Below the pieces are notes generated by a model, which searched no databases, was not told the DNA's origin, and worked only from the letters and a program-made list of their open reading frames with translations. A program made the translations under genes and the position numbers. 64,000 nucleotides of DNA from Candidatus Krumholzibacteriia bacterium (GTDB taxonomy: Bacteria > Krumholzibacteriota > Krumholzibacteriia > LZORAL124-64-63): positions 11,512-75,511 of the forward strand of contig JAWOID010000135.1 in the NCBI GenBank assembly GCA_046484865.1, given 5' to 3'. Positions 1-11,758 of the stretch are shown in pieces (positions within the stretch are counted from its first letter, which is position 1; each line of letters starts with the position of its first letter).

Positions 1-3000
1 GATCTCGTACGCCGCCTCGTTGACCGGCACGTCCACGCGACCCGAGCTGACCGTGGGATGCGCCGGGTCGGTGGCGAAGACCGCCACCACTCCGGGGTTC
101 CCCAGCACCACCTCGATGTCGCGGCTGCCGTTGATGAAGGGGGCGTCCCGGTCGTCCGCGCGCACGACGTCCAGCTGGCCGCCCGAGCTCGAAAGGGTGA
201 TCGCCCCGTCGGCCACGGTCTCCACCAGGTTCCAGTACTGATCCACCGCGCGCACGGTCAGCACGAACGGCACCTCGGCCTGCTGCGTGAGCACGGTGCC
301 GGTCTTGCCGTCGCCGGCGAGTTGACCCGGATCCGGGGTTTCGCCCGGTGCGACGATCTGGATGCGCTTGAAGCCGTCGGCGAGCATGCGGCAGGTGTTG
401 CTGATGCCGGTGACACCGCTGCTGTCGCCGACCACGATGAAGATGTCCTCGGCACGCGAGTACGCCTCCGCCACCGAGCGCGCCCCCTGGTCCAGCATCC
501 CCTGCGCCACCTCGAGCTGGCCGGTGCCGGGCAGACCGGTGCGGGCGCTCATGACGCGGATGTCGAAGAGGCGGTCCTGCGTGGTCACGCGCTGGCCGGT
601 GTTGCTGTCGATCAGTTCCACCCGCAGCGGGAAGGTCGCGGGCGGCCCCACGACGGCGGTGTCCGGGACCGTCACCGCGTAGTAGAGCCCACCGGTCTCC
701 ATCGCGATGACGGAACTGAAGGCCTCGCGGCCGAAGTCGTCGGTCACGCGGATGATGATGTCCTCGACCGTGCTGTAGCTCTGAGCGTTGAGCACGCAGA
801 AGCCGCCGATGAGCTGCGCCTCCGTCACGCCGAGGGTGCCGCTGGCCGCGCCGCGGTTCGGCAGGAGCGCGGTCATGCGGAAGCGGTTCTGCGCCGTGGG
901 CACCACCAGCCCGGTCACCGGGTCGATGAGCTTCACGGTGACCTGGAACCCGGGCACCGGTCCGGTGGACGCCGCGTCCGGCACGGCGATCTCGTACTCG
1001 TAGGGTGGGTTCACCGGCACGTGGCTGCTCTGGCTCGGCCTGGCCAGGTCGTTCTCGTCGTAGGCCGTCACGGAGACGGTGCCCTCGTCGGTGAGGAAGC
1101 CGTTGAAGGTGCGCCGGCCGTTGATGAACGGCACGTCGGTCTGGTCGGGGTTGCCGGGCTGCGCGAACGAGTTGTCGCTCGCCACCAGCCGCAGACGGCC
1201 CGTGTTGGTGGAGTCGGCCAGGTTCCAGTACTGGTCGACCGCGCGCACCGTGATGGGGAAAGGCTCGCCTGAGCGCTGGGTGGTGGGCGTGCCCTCCTTG
1301 CCGCTGTCCTCGAACTGCGGGATGCCGGCGCGCACCACCTCCCCCGGGGCGATGATCTGCAGGCGCTTGTAGCCGTCGGCGGCCACCGGGAACACCGGGC
1401 TGGAACCGCTCAGGCCCGTGGCGTCGGACACGGTGACGTAGATGTTCTCCGCGCGGGTATAGCTCTGCTGGAAACTGATGGCGCCATGGTCGAGCCGCTG
1501 GCTCGTGGTGCCCCACACGCCCTGGCCCACGCCGCCGCCGGCCGCCATCACGGTCACGTCAAAGCGCCGGTCGTCGTCGATGAGGGTCTGGGTGTCGACG
1601 TCGCGCAGCTGCACCCGGACGGGGAACGTGCTGGGCGGCCCCACCCGCGCCCGGTAGCTCTCCACGGTGACCACGTACTCCAGGCCGTTGGTCAACATCT
1701 GGACGGTCGAGCTGTAGCTCTGACGTCCCGAGTTGTCGGTGATGCGGACGACGATGTCCTCCACCGTGTCGTACGCCTGGCTCGTGATGGTCGCGCTGCC
1801 GCTGGCGAGCTGGGCCTGCGTCACCTGCAGGACGCTGCTGGCGGGTTCGTAGTTCGACTTCAGCGCCTCGATGGTCACCCAGTTGTTGGCGTCGGCCAGG
1901 GGCGTGCCGCCGCTGTCGACCAGCGCCACGGACATGGTGAACGTGGACGGGGGCCCCACGAACGCCGTCGCCGGCGTGGTGATCTGGTAGTGAGCGCCCT
2001 GGTCCACCTGGACGGTGGCCATCTGGCCCGTGATATCGGTGTGGTCGAGGGCCGAGGCCGCCAGCGTCACATACCCGGTCGAGATCAGGAACAGCGGCAT
2101 GACGATCTCGCCGTTGACCAGGGCCTGGCCGTTGTTCAGCGGATTGGTGGGCGTGATGGAGTCGTCGTCGCTCGCCAGCGCGATGCGCTCGGTGCTGTTG
2201 TCCACCAGGTTCCAGAACTGGTCCGTGGACCGGATCCGCACGTCGAACTGCAGGCTGGCGGTCTGCATGGCGGGCGCGCCCGTCTTGCCGTCGGTCTCCG
2301 GACCGCCGGGGTTGGGCGCCTCGCCGGGCAGCAGCAGCATGAGCCGGTCGATCGCTCCGGGCGTCACGGCGATGGTGCTGGTGTCGTTCACCGCCGGCGC
2401 GATCAGGTCGTGCGCCTGCAGGACGTGGTTCGTGGCCGTGCGGAAGAACAGGTCGCACGTGCGGCTGCCGTCCACGCCCAGGGGCTGATCGTTGTCCGAG
2501 ATCATCTGGAAGTAGCTGCTGCTGCCCAGATGCACCTGGGGCCGCGCCGGCACCTGGTTCCACCAGGCATCCGTGGCCAGCACGCGGGCCACCACGGGAT
2601 CGCCGGCCGCCACCGGCAGCGGCGTGCCCACCTTGCCGGGCGCGATTCCCGGGGTGTGGGTCTCCCCGGGCAGCAGCAACAGCAGGTCGGCGTAGTCCCG
2701 GGCGTCGGCGAACACCGTGAAGGCATTCGAGCTGTCGGTCTTGGCGTACGTCTCCTCGCGCACGAAGAGGCGCACGTCCTGGCCGGTGCGGGTGATCCGG
2801 ATGGAGCCGCGCCATACGCCGCGGTACGAGCCCGTCCCGTAGCCGTCGCCCAGATCCACCGAGGTGGGAGTGAGCACGCCTTCGCCGTGGTTCACCCAGA
2901 GGGTCACCTCGTCGGCGTAGTCGGCGATGTGGTTTCCGAACTGATCGCGCGCCACGATGGTGACGTTGGGCAGCGACGAGCCGGCGCGATGGTCCGGGAT

Positions 3001-5211
3001 GGGGTCCAGCGGATCCGCGGGCGTGGGGTTGGTGCGTCCGTTGATGCCGACCTCGAAGTGGTCGATCGCCCCCGCCTTGATCGGAATGGTCGCGTAGGCC
3101 CAGGCCGCGCTGGCGCGATCGTCCACCCGGATCGTCTGCTGATTCGGGTCGGCCAGCGTGATCAGCGTCACCTGGAACTCGGACGTGTTGTCGTTGAGCG
3201 CCTGCGGACTGCCCGGCAGGGCGGCCGCGACATCGCTGCTGGAGAAGTCGACCGCCATCGGCAGGGCGGGCGACAGGTCACTCACCGGGTTCCAGTACGG
3301 ATCGCAGGCGAAGACGGTCACCTCGAACGGCACGCCCGCATCCTGGGCGGACGGGTGGCCGATCTTGCCGTCGTCCTCGATGGTGTCGAAGACGCCGGGC
3401 TCGAGCGTCTCGCCGGGCGCCTCCACCACGAGTCGCTGGAAACCGGCCGGCGTGACCGTGACCCGCGACGAATTGCGGGCGGTGATGCCGCTGGACTGGG
3501 CCTGCAGGTACTGGGCGCGGACGGCGGTGCGGAGGATCAGGCGCACGTCCACCGGATTGGAGACCGACACCACGTTGCTGGGGTGGTCCGGCAGCGAGAA
3601 GTAGCCGCTGGGACAGCTGAGCGTCACGTTGCGCGTGCCGGGCGCCAGGTTGTTGTACCGGTCCACCGGCCGCAGCGTCACCGGCTGGATCACCTGCCCG
3701 GCGACCGCGGGGTCGGGTGAGCCCAGGTTGCCGCTGAACTCGGGATCGTTCAGACCGGGCGTCCAGGTCTCGCCCGGGAACGACACGAGGATCTTCTCGC
3801 AAGGGCCGGAGTTCACCTGGAACGGCGGCGACTCGCCCACCACGCCGGAATCCACGATCAGCCGCGTGCTGAACCCGCGCTTGGTGACCTGCACCAGCGC
3901 GTCGAGGTAGCCGTTCGTGAAGGTGGCGTTGTTGGTGATGATGTAGTCGGCGCTCTCGTCGGCGGCGCCGATGCGCGCGCGCAGACTCACCGCGCCGTTG
4001 AGCGGGAAGACGTTGCCGTTGGAGTCGCGAGCGATGATCCGGACGTTGAACGGGATCGTCGTCACCTGAGGGTCGGCGGGGTCCCAGACGCTCGCGTCGA
4101 ACTCGAAGTGATGCAGTCCCTGCGGATTGATCACCAGGTCGCTGCGGCTGGTGCCGGTGGCGGCGCCGCTGGCGGTGGCGGCGATCCAGGCCGAGCCGGA
4201 CGCGATCAGGGCCGCCGTGTAGCCGGTGCCCGGGTTGCTGGTCATCACCCCGCTCGGCGGCAGCGCGACCCCGGCCGACGCATCGCTGCTGGTCCAGGCG
4301 AGACTCGGGTAGGGACCGGCCTCCACCGGGTTCCAGCGCCGGTCGGTGGCGTACACCGTGATGCCGCCGAAGCTGGAGCCCGAGGTCTGCGGCACCGGCG
4401 TGCCGCTCTTGCCGGGACTCACGCCGGGCGTGAGCGCCTCCCCCGGCAGGAGCAGAACGATCTCCTGCAGGGATCCCGGCCGCAGCGGCGACACGGTGCA
4501 CGAGCCGCGCGCTGCGAGCGCCTGCCCCGGATAGATCACCGAGTTCAGGGCCGACAGGGTGTTCTCGCGCGTCACCGGATCGGTGCCCCAGAACGTGACC
4601 GGCACCACGGCCGTGCCCAGGCTGAAGGCGCTGCCGGGCACGGTGATCGTCGGACCGGTGGAGAAGTGTCCCACGAGCGCATCGAGCACGACGTCATCGC
4701 CGAAGTTGCGCACCACCGCGCCGGTGTGATCGAGCGCCGTCAGCGTGGCCGCCACCGGCTGATCCACGAACTTGTCGCCCGCGGGCACGGTGACGGTGAA
4801 GCGATCAACGAAGTTGTAGCTGTTGATGAGCACGACGCCGGGCGGCACCGAGCCGTCGTCGGCGTCGTACACGCGCAGCCGCACGGGCTGGCCTGCGCCC
4901 AGGAAGCGCACGTTGTCGAACTGGCGCTCGCCGTTCTGCAGGTACGCGCCGGCGGGCAGGGATGCCGCCACGTCCGGCGAGTTCAGCTGAGCGTTGATGA
5001 AGTCGGCGAAGACGTCGGTGGAGCCGTCCGTGTTCACCGCGCGCACGAGCACGGTGAAGCCCATTTCCACGGTCACGGCGGGATGTCCGTCCACGACGTT
5101 CGCGCCGACCACCGTGATTTCCAGGTGATCGAACGCGGCGGCAACGCCCGGCCAGGCTGCCGCGGTCAGAGCCAGCGCGACGGCGACGGGAGAAAGGGTC
5201 TTACGGTTCAT
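1..5211 (-). CDS. Giant secreted/surface protein built of repeated Ig-like modules (3' end runs off the window; at least 1737 aa)
   Basis: Translated by hand from ATG at 5211: MNRKTLSPVAVALALTAAAWPGVAAA (signal peptide). Frame reads open to position 1. Seven copies of the motif [LI]xxx[LA]PGExxxPG...GKxGxP...VxAxDxxWN. Not in the ORF track because there is no stop in the window. Confidence 0.9.
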   Translation of the reverse strand, partial: MNRKTLSPVAVALALTAAAWPGVAAAFDHLEITVVGANVVDGHPAVTVEMGFTVLVRAVNTDGSTDVFADFINAQLNSPDVAASLPAGAYLQNGERQFDNVRFLGAGQPVRLRVYDADDGSVPPGVVLINSYNFVDRFTVTVPAGDKFVDQPVAATLTALDHTGAVVRNFGDDVVLDALVGHFSTGPTITVPGSAFSLGTAVVPVTFWGTDPVTRENTLSALNSVIYPGQALAARGSCTVSPLRPGSLQEIVLLLPGEALTPGVSPGKSGTPVPQTSGSSFGGITVYATDRRWNPVEAGPYPSLAWTSSDASAGVALPPSGVMTSNPGTGYTAALIASGSAWIAATASGAATGTSRSDLVINPQGLHHFEFDASVWDPADPQVTTIPFNVRIIARDSNGNVFPLNGAVSLRARIGAADESADYIITNNATFTNGYLDALVQVTKRGFSTRLIVDSGVVGESPPFQVNSGPCEKILVSFPGETWTPGLNDPEFSGNLGSPDPAVAGQVIQPVTLRPVDRYNNLAPGTRNVTLSCPSGYFSLPDHPSNVVSVSNPVDVRLILRTAVRAQYLQAQSSGITARNSSRVTVTPAGFQRLVVEAPGETLEPGVFDTIEDDGKIGHPSAQDAGVPFEVTVFACDPYWNPVSDLSPALPMAVDFSSSDVAAALPGSPQALNDNTSEFQVTLITLADPNQQTIRVDDRASAAWAYATIPIKAGAIDHFEVGINGRTNPTPADPLDPIPDHRAGSSLPNVTIVARDQFGNHIADYADEVTLWVNHGEGVLTPTSVDLGDGYGTGSYRGVWRGSIRITRTGQDVRLFVREETYAKTDSSNAFTVFADARDYADLLLLLPGETHTPGIAPGKVGTPLPVAAGDPVVARVLATDAWWNQVPARPQVHLGSSSYFQMISDNDQPLGVDGSRTCDLFFRTATNHVLQAHDLIAPAVNDTSTIAVTPGAIDRLMLLLPGEAPNPGGPETDGKTGAPAMQTASLQFDVRIRSTDQFWNLVDNSTERIALASDDDSITPTNPLNNGQALVNGEIVMPLFLISTGYVTLAASALDHTDITGQMATVQVDQGAHYQITTPATAFVGPPSTFTMSVALVDSGGTPLADANNWVTIEALKSNYEPASSVLQVTQAQLASGSATITSQAYDTVEDIVVRITDNSGRQSYSSTVQMLTNGLEYVVTVESYRARVGPPSTFPVRVQLRDVDTQTLIDDDRRFDVTVMAAGGGVGQGVWGTTSQRLDHGAISFQQSYTRAENIYVTVSDATGLSGSSPVFPVAADGYKRLQIIAPGEVVRAGIPQFEDSGKEGTPTTQRSGEPFPITVRAVDQYWNLADSTNTGRLRLVASDNSFAQPGNPDQTDVPFINGRRTFNGFLTDEGTVSVTAYDENDLARPSQSSHVPVNPPYEYEIAVPDAASTGPVPGFQVTVKLIDPVTGLVVPTAQNRFRMTALLPNRGAASGTLGVTEAQLIGGFCVLNAQSYSTVEDIIIRVTDDFGREAFSSVIAMETGGLYYAVTVPDTAVVGPPATFPLRVELIDSNTGQRVTTQDRLFDIRVMSARTGLPGTGQLEVAQGMLDQGARSVAEAYSRAEDIFIVVGDSSGVTGISNTCRMLADGFKRIQIVAPGETPDPGQLAGDGKTGTVLTQQAEVPFVLTVRAVDQYWNLVETVADGAITLSSSGGQLDVVRADDRDAPFINGSRDIEVVLGNPGVVAVFATDPAHPTVSSGRVDVPVNEAAYEI

Positions 5212-5343
5212 CACGCCTGCGCCTTGCTATGGTTTTTTGCCCTCGGCGTCCGGACGGCGCTTGCATTCTGCGCGAGCGGCGCATCGCGAAACGCGTTATT
5301 CCTCGATTTGCAACGACTTCCCTCGGTTCCCTCAGCGTGTGCG

Positions 5344-5358
5344 GCAAGGCGCGTGCCA
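5344..5358 (-). promoter_or_regulatory. Sigma-54 (-24/-12) promoter
   Basis: Minus strand reads TGGCACGCGCCTTGC, an exact match to TGGCAC-N5-TTGC, about 130 nt upstream of the giant protein ATG. Confidence 0.7.
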
Positions 5359-5406
5359 CGGGTCAGGAGGGTCGATCGCTCCCGCGGGCGGCGCATGGAG
5401 GCGGGT

Positions 5407-6672
5407 TCAGGGCAACACGTGGACGCGGCGGGCGAGGAGCGCGCGCTGCTCGGAGAGGACGTACTCGCGGATGAACTCGAGGTGATGACGACTGGCGGCG
5501 CTGGTGACCTGGAACTCGATTCCCATCACGTCCTGACGTTCGTTGCGGTCGGCCGGAACGGTGTCCACCCGCCGGATCACAGCGTCCACGGCCGTCAGCC
5601 GCTCGAGTCCAGGGAAGACCATCCGGCAGCGCACCAGGTCGCCCGTGGCGAAGTACGGGCGCAGGCTGCCCTCGGCTCCGCCCAGTCGCGCACCGGTGAA
5701 GCTGAGGTCCTGCACCTGGGCGAGGATGCTGGGACCCGCGGCAGGCTCCCCGCCTTCGGGATCCCGCTCCACCCGCTCCAGTTCCGCCACGATGCGCGTG
5801 GTGGTCTCCACACGAAACGCGCTGCGCCGCTGCGCGGAGCGGACCTCCGCCGGCACCGCGAACACGGGGCAGGTGAGCGCGGCCCCGGCACCGAGCGTCC
5901 GGCACAGCTTGCCCAGGTAGGTGGTGTTGAACGCCAGGTACTTGCCGCGCACACCGGTGTGCACGTGCACCTCGCTGCCGGGCTGCAGCGGAGTCTCGTC
6001 GGCTGCGGGCAGGTCCATGGCCACGACGAAGCCCTTGTTCCCGTCCACGTCCCCGCGGCCGATCACGATCCCGTTGTGAAGCTGGACGCCACCCTCCACC
6101 GGCACCTGGATCTGCACGTCCACCTCGAGCTTGCGCAGGTAGACCAGCAACCCGTCGCCACCGGCGGCACGCTCGCCGCCCTCGCCCATGATGGCGGCGG
6201 GCAGATAGGCGTCGGCGGCGCCCTCCTCGAAGTTGCTGCCGCGCATGGCCTCGTACTCGGCGCGCGAGATGACGTCGGCCACCACGAAGAGGGAGCCGGC
6301 GTCTCCATCCAGCCGCAGCACGTAGCTGCGGACCCCGCGCGTGGCCACGATGCCGGGACCACCGGTCTCCACGTGGACCTCGCCGAACGGCCGTCGCGTC
6401 GGCAGACGCGGCACGAGCGTGCCCAGGAACGACTGGCAGAATTCGGCGAACGCGCCCTCGCCCCGCGCCTGCAGCGTGCCGGCCAGCGTGCGGTCGCCAC
6501 CGATCCAGAGCTGGTGAGTGGTGCCGTTGCGGATGTCCAGACGCGCCGCCAGCGGAAAGTTCAGGTCGCGGGCGCGCAGCGACGACACGCGCACCGCGCG
6601 TGGGGGAAGGTTCGCCTCGCGCAGGCTACGCGCAGCGGTCTCGGCCAGCGCCTGCAGGGTTTCCGCGACCAT
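5407..6672 (-). CDS. PilZ-domain c-di-GMP effector (YcgR-like C-terminal architecture)
   Basis: QRRSAFRV (RxxxR) and QDLSFTGA (DxSxxG) motifs. Start is either ATG 6672 (MVAETL) or 6738. Confidence 0.85.
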   Translation of the reverse strand: MVAETLQALAETAARSLREANLPPRAVRVSSLRARDLNFPLAARLDIRNGTTHQLWIGGDRTLAGTLQARGEGAFAEFCQSFLGTLVPRLPTRRPFGEVHVETGGPGIVATRGVRSYVLRLDGDAGSLFVVADVISRAEYEAMRGSNFEEGAADAYLPAAIMGEGGERAAGGDGLLVYLRKLEVDVQIQVPVEGGVQLHNGIVIGRGDVDGNKGFVVAMDLPAADETPLQPGSEVHVHTGVRGKYLAFNTTYLGKLCRTLGAGAALTCPVFAVPAEVRSAQRRSAFRVETTTRIVAELERVERDPEGGEPAAGPSILAQVQDLSFTGARLGGAEGSLRPYFATGDLVRCRMVFPGLERLTAVDAVIRRVDTVPADRNERQDVMGIEFQVTSAASRHHLEFIREYVLSEQRALLARRVHVLP

Positions 6673-6901
6673 GCGCTCCGGATCCCCTCCGGTGTCGACG
6701 TCTCCTCCGGCACCCGACCGCGGGCGCGGCTTTGTCACGACGGCATATCGTCCCGGAGGTGCGTGGCTTGAGTCCGAAGCGCCGCGACAGCGACGCCGCG
6801 GCGGATTGGGGCGTGACCGTCGCCGACGGGGAGATTATCCTGGCCACAGTCCAGGCACCCCCGAACCGCGACGTCGACCCCGACCCTCGAGGCGGCTTGC
6901 G

Positions 6902-8992
<2,091 letters not shown>

Positions 8993-9044
8993 CGCCCGGG
9001 GCCGAGGTCCGGTCGCCACGGGCCGAGCGGCGCGCGGCCGGGCA

Positions 9045-9464
9045 TCATCCCTCGGACTCCCGCCTGGCGGCCAGGCTCACGGTCTGCGCACCGGCCAGCC
9101 GGCACTGGTCCATCACCTGCACCACGGTGCCGGTCTCGCTCGCCTTGTCCGCCACCACGACCACGCCGCTCTCCGGGTCCTCGGCCAGCGCCCGCTCGAC
9201 CAGGCCGCGCACGCTGCGCACGTCCACTTGCTTGCCCTCGAAGAATACCTGGCCTTCCGCCGACACGCCGATCATCACGTTGCCGCGTTCCTTCACCTCG
9301 GCCGTCTGTGCGGTGGAGCGCTGCACGTCGATGCCGGCCTCCTTCACGAAGCTGGTGGTGACGACGAAGAAGATGAGCAGCAGGAACACCATGTCGATCA
9401 GAGGACCCATGTTGATGTCCACCCGGTCGCCGCCCCCGCGGATCGTCCGCCGCACGTCGATCAT
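9045..9464 (-). CDS. exbD: Biopolymer transporter ExbD/TolR
   Basis: INMGPLIDMVFLLLIFFVVTT transmembrane motif with the conserved Asp, VVVVADK motif, GGAGG RBS. Confidence 0.92.
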   Translation of the reverse strand: MIDVRRTIRGGGDRVDINMGPLIDMVFLLLIFFVVTTSFVKEAGIDVQRSTAQTAEVKERGNVMIGVSAEGQVFFEGKQVDVRSVRGLVERALAEDPESGVVVVADKASETGTVVQVMDQCRLAGAQTVSLAARRESEG

Positions 9465-9673
9465 CGTGCACCCGCCTCCAGCCGGTCATGGGCTCTCGAA
9501 ATCGGTCCAGCGCACCGGACGAACTCGTACCGCACCGTCAGGTGCGCATCGCCCCCGCGCTCCACCAGGAAAACCCGCAGCGGCTTCGAACGCAAGCCGT
9601 TCCCCTCGGCCCCGCACCCGTCGAGCAGGTGGGGCCCGGCATCCGACGAGCAGGATGGGACCCGGCACCGAAC

Positions 9674-9737
9674 GAGCACGAAGGGTTCCCGCATCGGAGG
9701 AGCACGAAGGGTTCCCGCACCGGGGGAGCACGAAGGG
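9674..9737. repeat. 26-bp tandem repeat (about 2.5 copies)
   Basis: GAGCACGAAGGG(TTCCCGCA..) starts at 9674, 9700 and 9726. Confidence 0.85.
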
Positions 9738-9879
9738 CCGGGCCGGCTCATCGCTGCAAATCTTCACCCGAGGGCATCCAGACAGACCGTCTTGGCAATG
9801 GAATCCACCCCTGCGTATCCTGGCCTCCGGGGAGAGGGATACGACCGTGGTCTCCCCCGGCCCACGCGGGAGGCTCACG

Positions 9880-11019
9880 ATGTCCGCTATCTACCTCGAC
9901 TACAACGCCACCACGCCGGTCGACCCGCGAGTGATCGCGGCCATGCTGCCGTACCTTGGTCGCGAGTTCGGCAACCCGTCCAGCGGTCACGAGACGGGCC
10001 TGCGGGCACGGATGGCCGTGGCCGAGGCGCGGGCCCAGGTCGAGGCGCTGATGGGTGCCCAGCCCGACACGGTGATCTTCACCGGCGGCGGCTCCGAATC
10101 CAACAACCTGGCACTCAAGGGCGCCGCGCTGGCGCGGCGCGCGGCGGGCCACGGCGACCACGTGATCACCACCGCCGTGGAGCATCCCGCCGTGACCGAG
10201 CCGTGCCGGTGGCTGGCGATGCAGGGGTTCCGCGTCACGACGGTGCCGGTGGACGCCGACGGCCGGGTCGATCCCGACGACGTCGGCCGCACCCTGACCG
10301 ACGGCACCATCCTCGTCTCCATCATGCACGCCAACAACGAGGTGGGCACCATCCAGCCGGTGCGCGCGGTGGCCGACCTCGCCCACGCCCGGGGTGCATG
10401 GGTGCACACCGACGCGGCGCAGTCGGTGGGCAAGGTCCCCGTTCGGGTGGACGATCTGGGCGTGGACCTGCTGAGCGTGGCGGGACACAAGCTCTATGCG
10501 CCGAAGGGCGTGGGGGCTCTCTACGTGCGGGCGGGAGTGGTACTGGAGCCGCAGATCCACGGCGCCGGCCACGAGCGCGGGCTGCGCGCCGGCACCGAGA
10601 ACGTGCCCGGGGTGGTGGGTCTGGGCATGGCCTGCGCGATCGTGGCGGAGGAACTCGCAGAGGAGATGCCGCGCCTGCGCGAGCTGCGCGACCGGCTCGA
10701 GGCTGCGCTCACGCGGCGTCCGGGCGACCTGCGCGTCAACGGCCACCCGGAGCAGCGGCTGCCCAACACGTCGAGCTTGAGCTTCGCTGGCGTGGACGCA
10801 GCTGCTTTGGTGCACGACCTGCGCATGGTGGCGGCATCGGCGGGGGCGGCATGCCACGCGGAGGATGGGGAGGTTTCCGGGGTGCTGGCGGCCATGGGAG
10901 TGCCGGCCGAGTGGGCACGGGGCACCCTGCGCCTGTCGGTGGGCCGACCCACCTCCGAGCGGGACGTCGACCGGGCGGCTGACGGCATTGCCGCGGCCGT
11001 CGAGGAACGGCGGCAGTGA
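9880..11019 (+). CDS. iscS: Cysteine desulfurase (IscS/NifS family)
   Basis: IYLDYNATTP, FGNPSS, HANNEVG, HTDAAQ, AGHKLY (PLP Lys), RAGTEN and SAGAACH (catalytic Cys). GGAGG RBS before ATG 9880. Confidence 0.92.
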   Translation: MSAIYLDYNATTPVDPRVIAAMLPYLGREFGNPSSGHETGLRARMAVAEARAQVEALMGAQPDTVIFTGGGSESNNLALKGAALARRAAGHGDHVITTAVEHPAVTEPCRWLAMQGFRVTTVPVDADGRVDPDDVGRTLTDGTILVSIMHANNEVGTIQPVRAVADLAHARGAWVHTDAAQSVGKVPVRVDDLGVDLLSVAGHKLYAPKGVGALYVRAGVVLEPQIHGAGHERGLRAGTENVPGVVGLGMACAIVAEELAEEMPRLRELRDRLEAALTRRPGDLRVNGHPEQRLPNTSSLSFAGVDAAALVHDLRMVAASAGAACHAEDGEVSGVLAAMGVPAEWARGTLRLSVGRPTSERDVDRAADGIAAAVEERRQ

Positions 11020-11092
11020 TCCGAGGCAGCTGAGCGGTCCGGCTGGCGGCGGCCCGGTGGTGGGGTCGTGGGCCCGGGCCTGCGACTAACGA

Positions 11093-11575
11093 TCAGACGG
11101 CCTTGCGAGCACCGGCTTCACCCATCTCCTGCTCCTGCATCTCCTGCTCCTGCAGGCGCCGAGCCAGGCTCGGACAGCGGTTGGGCTCGTCGAGCACGTC
11201 GGCCAGGGTGGTGGAGCGGAACGCTTCCTCCACCAGCCCGAGCGCCCGATCGATCCGCCGGTGCAGCGGGCAGAGGTCGGTGCCGTGGCTCTCCATGTCG
11301 AGCGGGCACGAATGGATCCGCTGGATGGGCTGCACAGCGTTCACCACCTCGAGGAGCACCAGCTGCTCGGGCCGCTTCATCAGCCGGAAGCCCCCGTGCA
11401 GCCCGCGGGTGGACCGGACCACCCCGGCTCTGGCCAGCAACTGCAGCACCTTGGCCAGATAGCTGGGCGGCACGTTCATCGCGACGGCGATCTGCTTGGC
11501 AGTCTGAGCCTCGTCCGGAGTCCGTCCCAGGCTGAGGACGGCGCGCAGGGCGTATTCAACCGTCTGAGAAATCAC
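11093..11575 (-). CDS. Rrf2-family transcriptional regulator
   Basis: SQTVEYALRA, YLAKVLQLL, STRGLHGGF. Three Cys in the C-terminal half (CPL..CPLH..C). Confidence 0.92.
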   Translation of the reverse strand: MISQTVEYALRAVLSLGRTPDEAQTAKQIAVAMNVPPSYLAKVLQLLARAGVVRSTRGLHGGFRLMKRPEQLVLLEVVNAVQPIQRIHSCPLDMESHGTDLCPLHRRIDRALGLVEEAFRSTTLADVLDEPNRCPSLARRLQEQEMQEQEMGEAGARKAV

Positions 11576-11758
11576 TTGACTACCCCCTTTCCGTAAATCC
11601 GGACAATCTTATCTCTTTGAAGGTACTGAATTGGTCGCCTTTACACAAGAGGACACAAGAGAAAGGGCGCGACTTCAGGCGCGCCCCGAGAATAAGCGTC
11701 TCGATCCTCTTGCCCGGGATGTGCGTCCCGACCGAGCCGGCCAGACTCCGGGTCCGGC

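Noticed and set aside
58..6771. Long + strand ORFs 58-1272, 1486-3720 and 4108-6771
   Set aside because: Antisense shadows of the giant protein and PilZ genes. Arg/His/Gly-rich translations typical of high-GC reverse frames.
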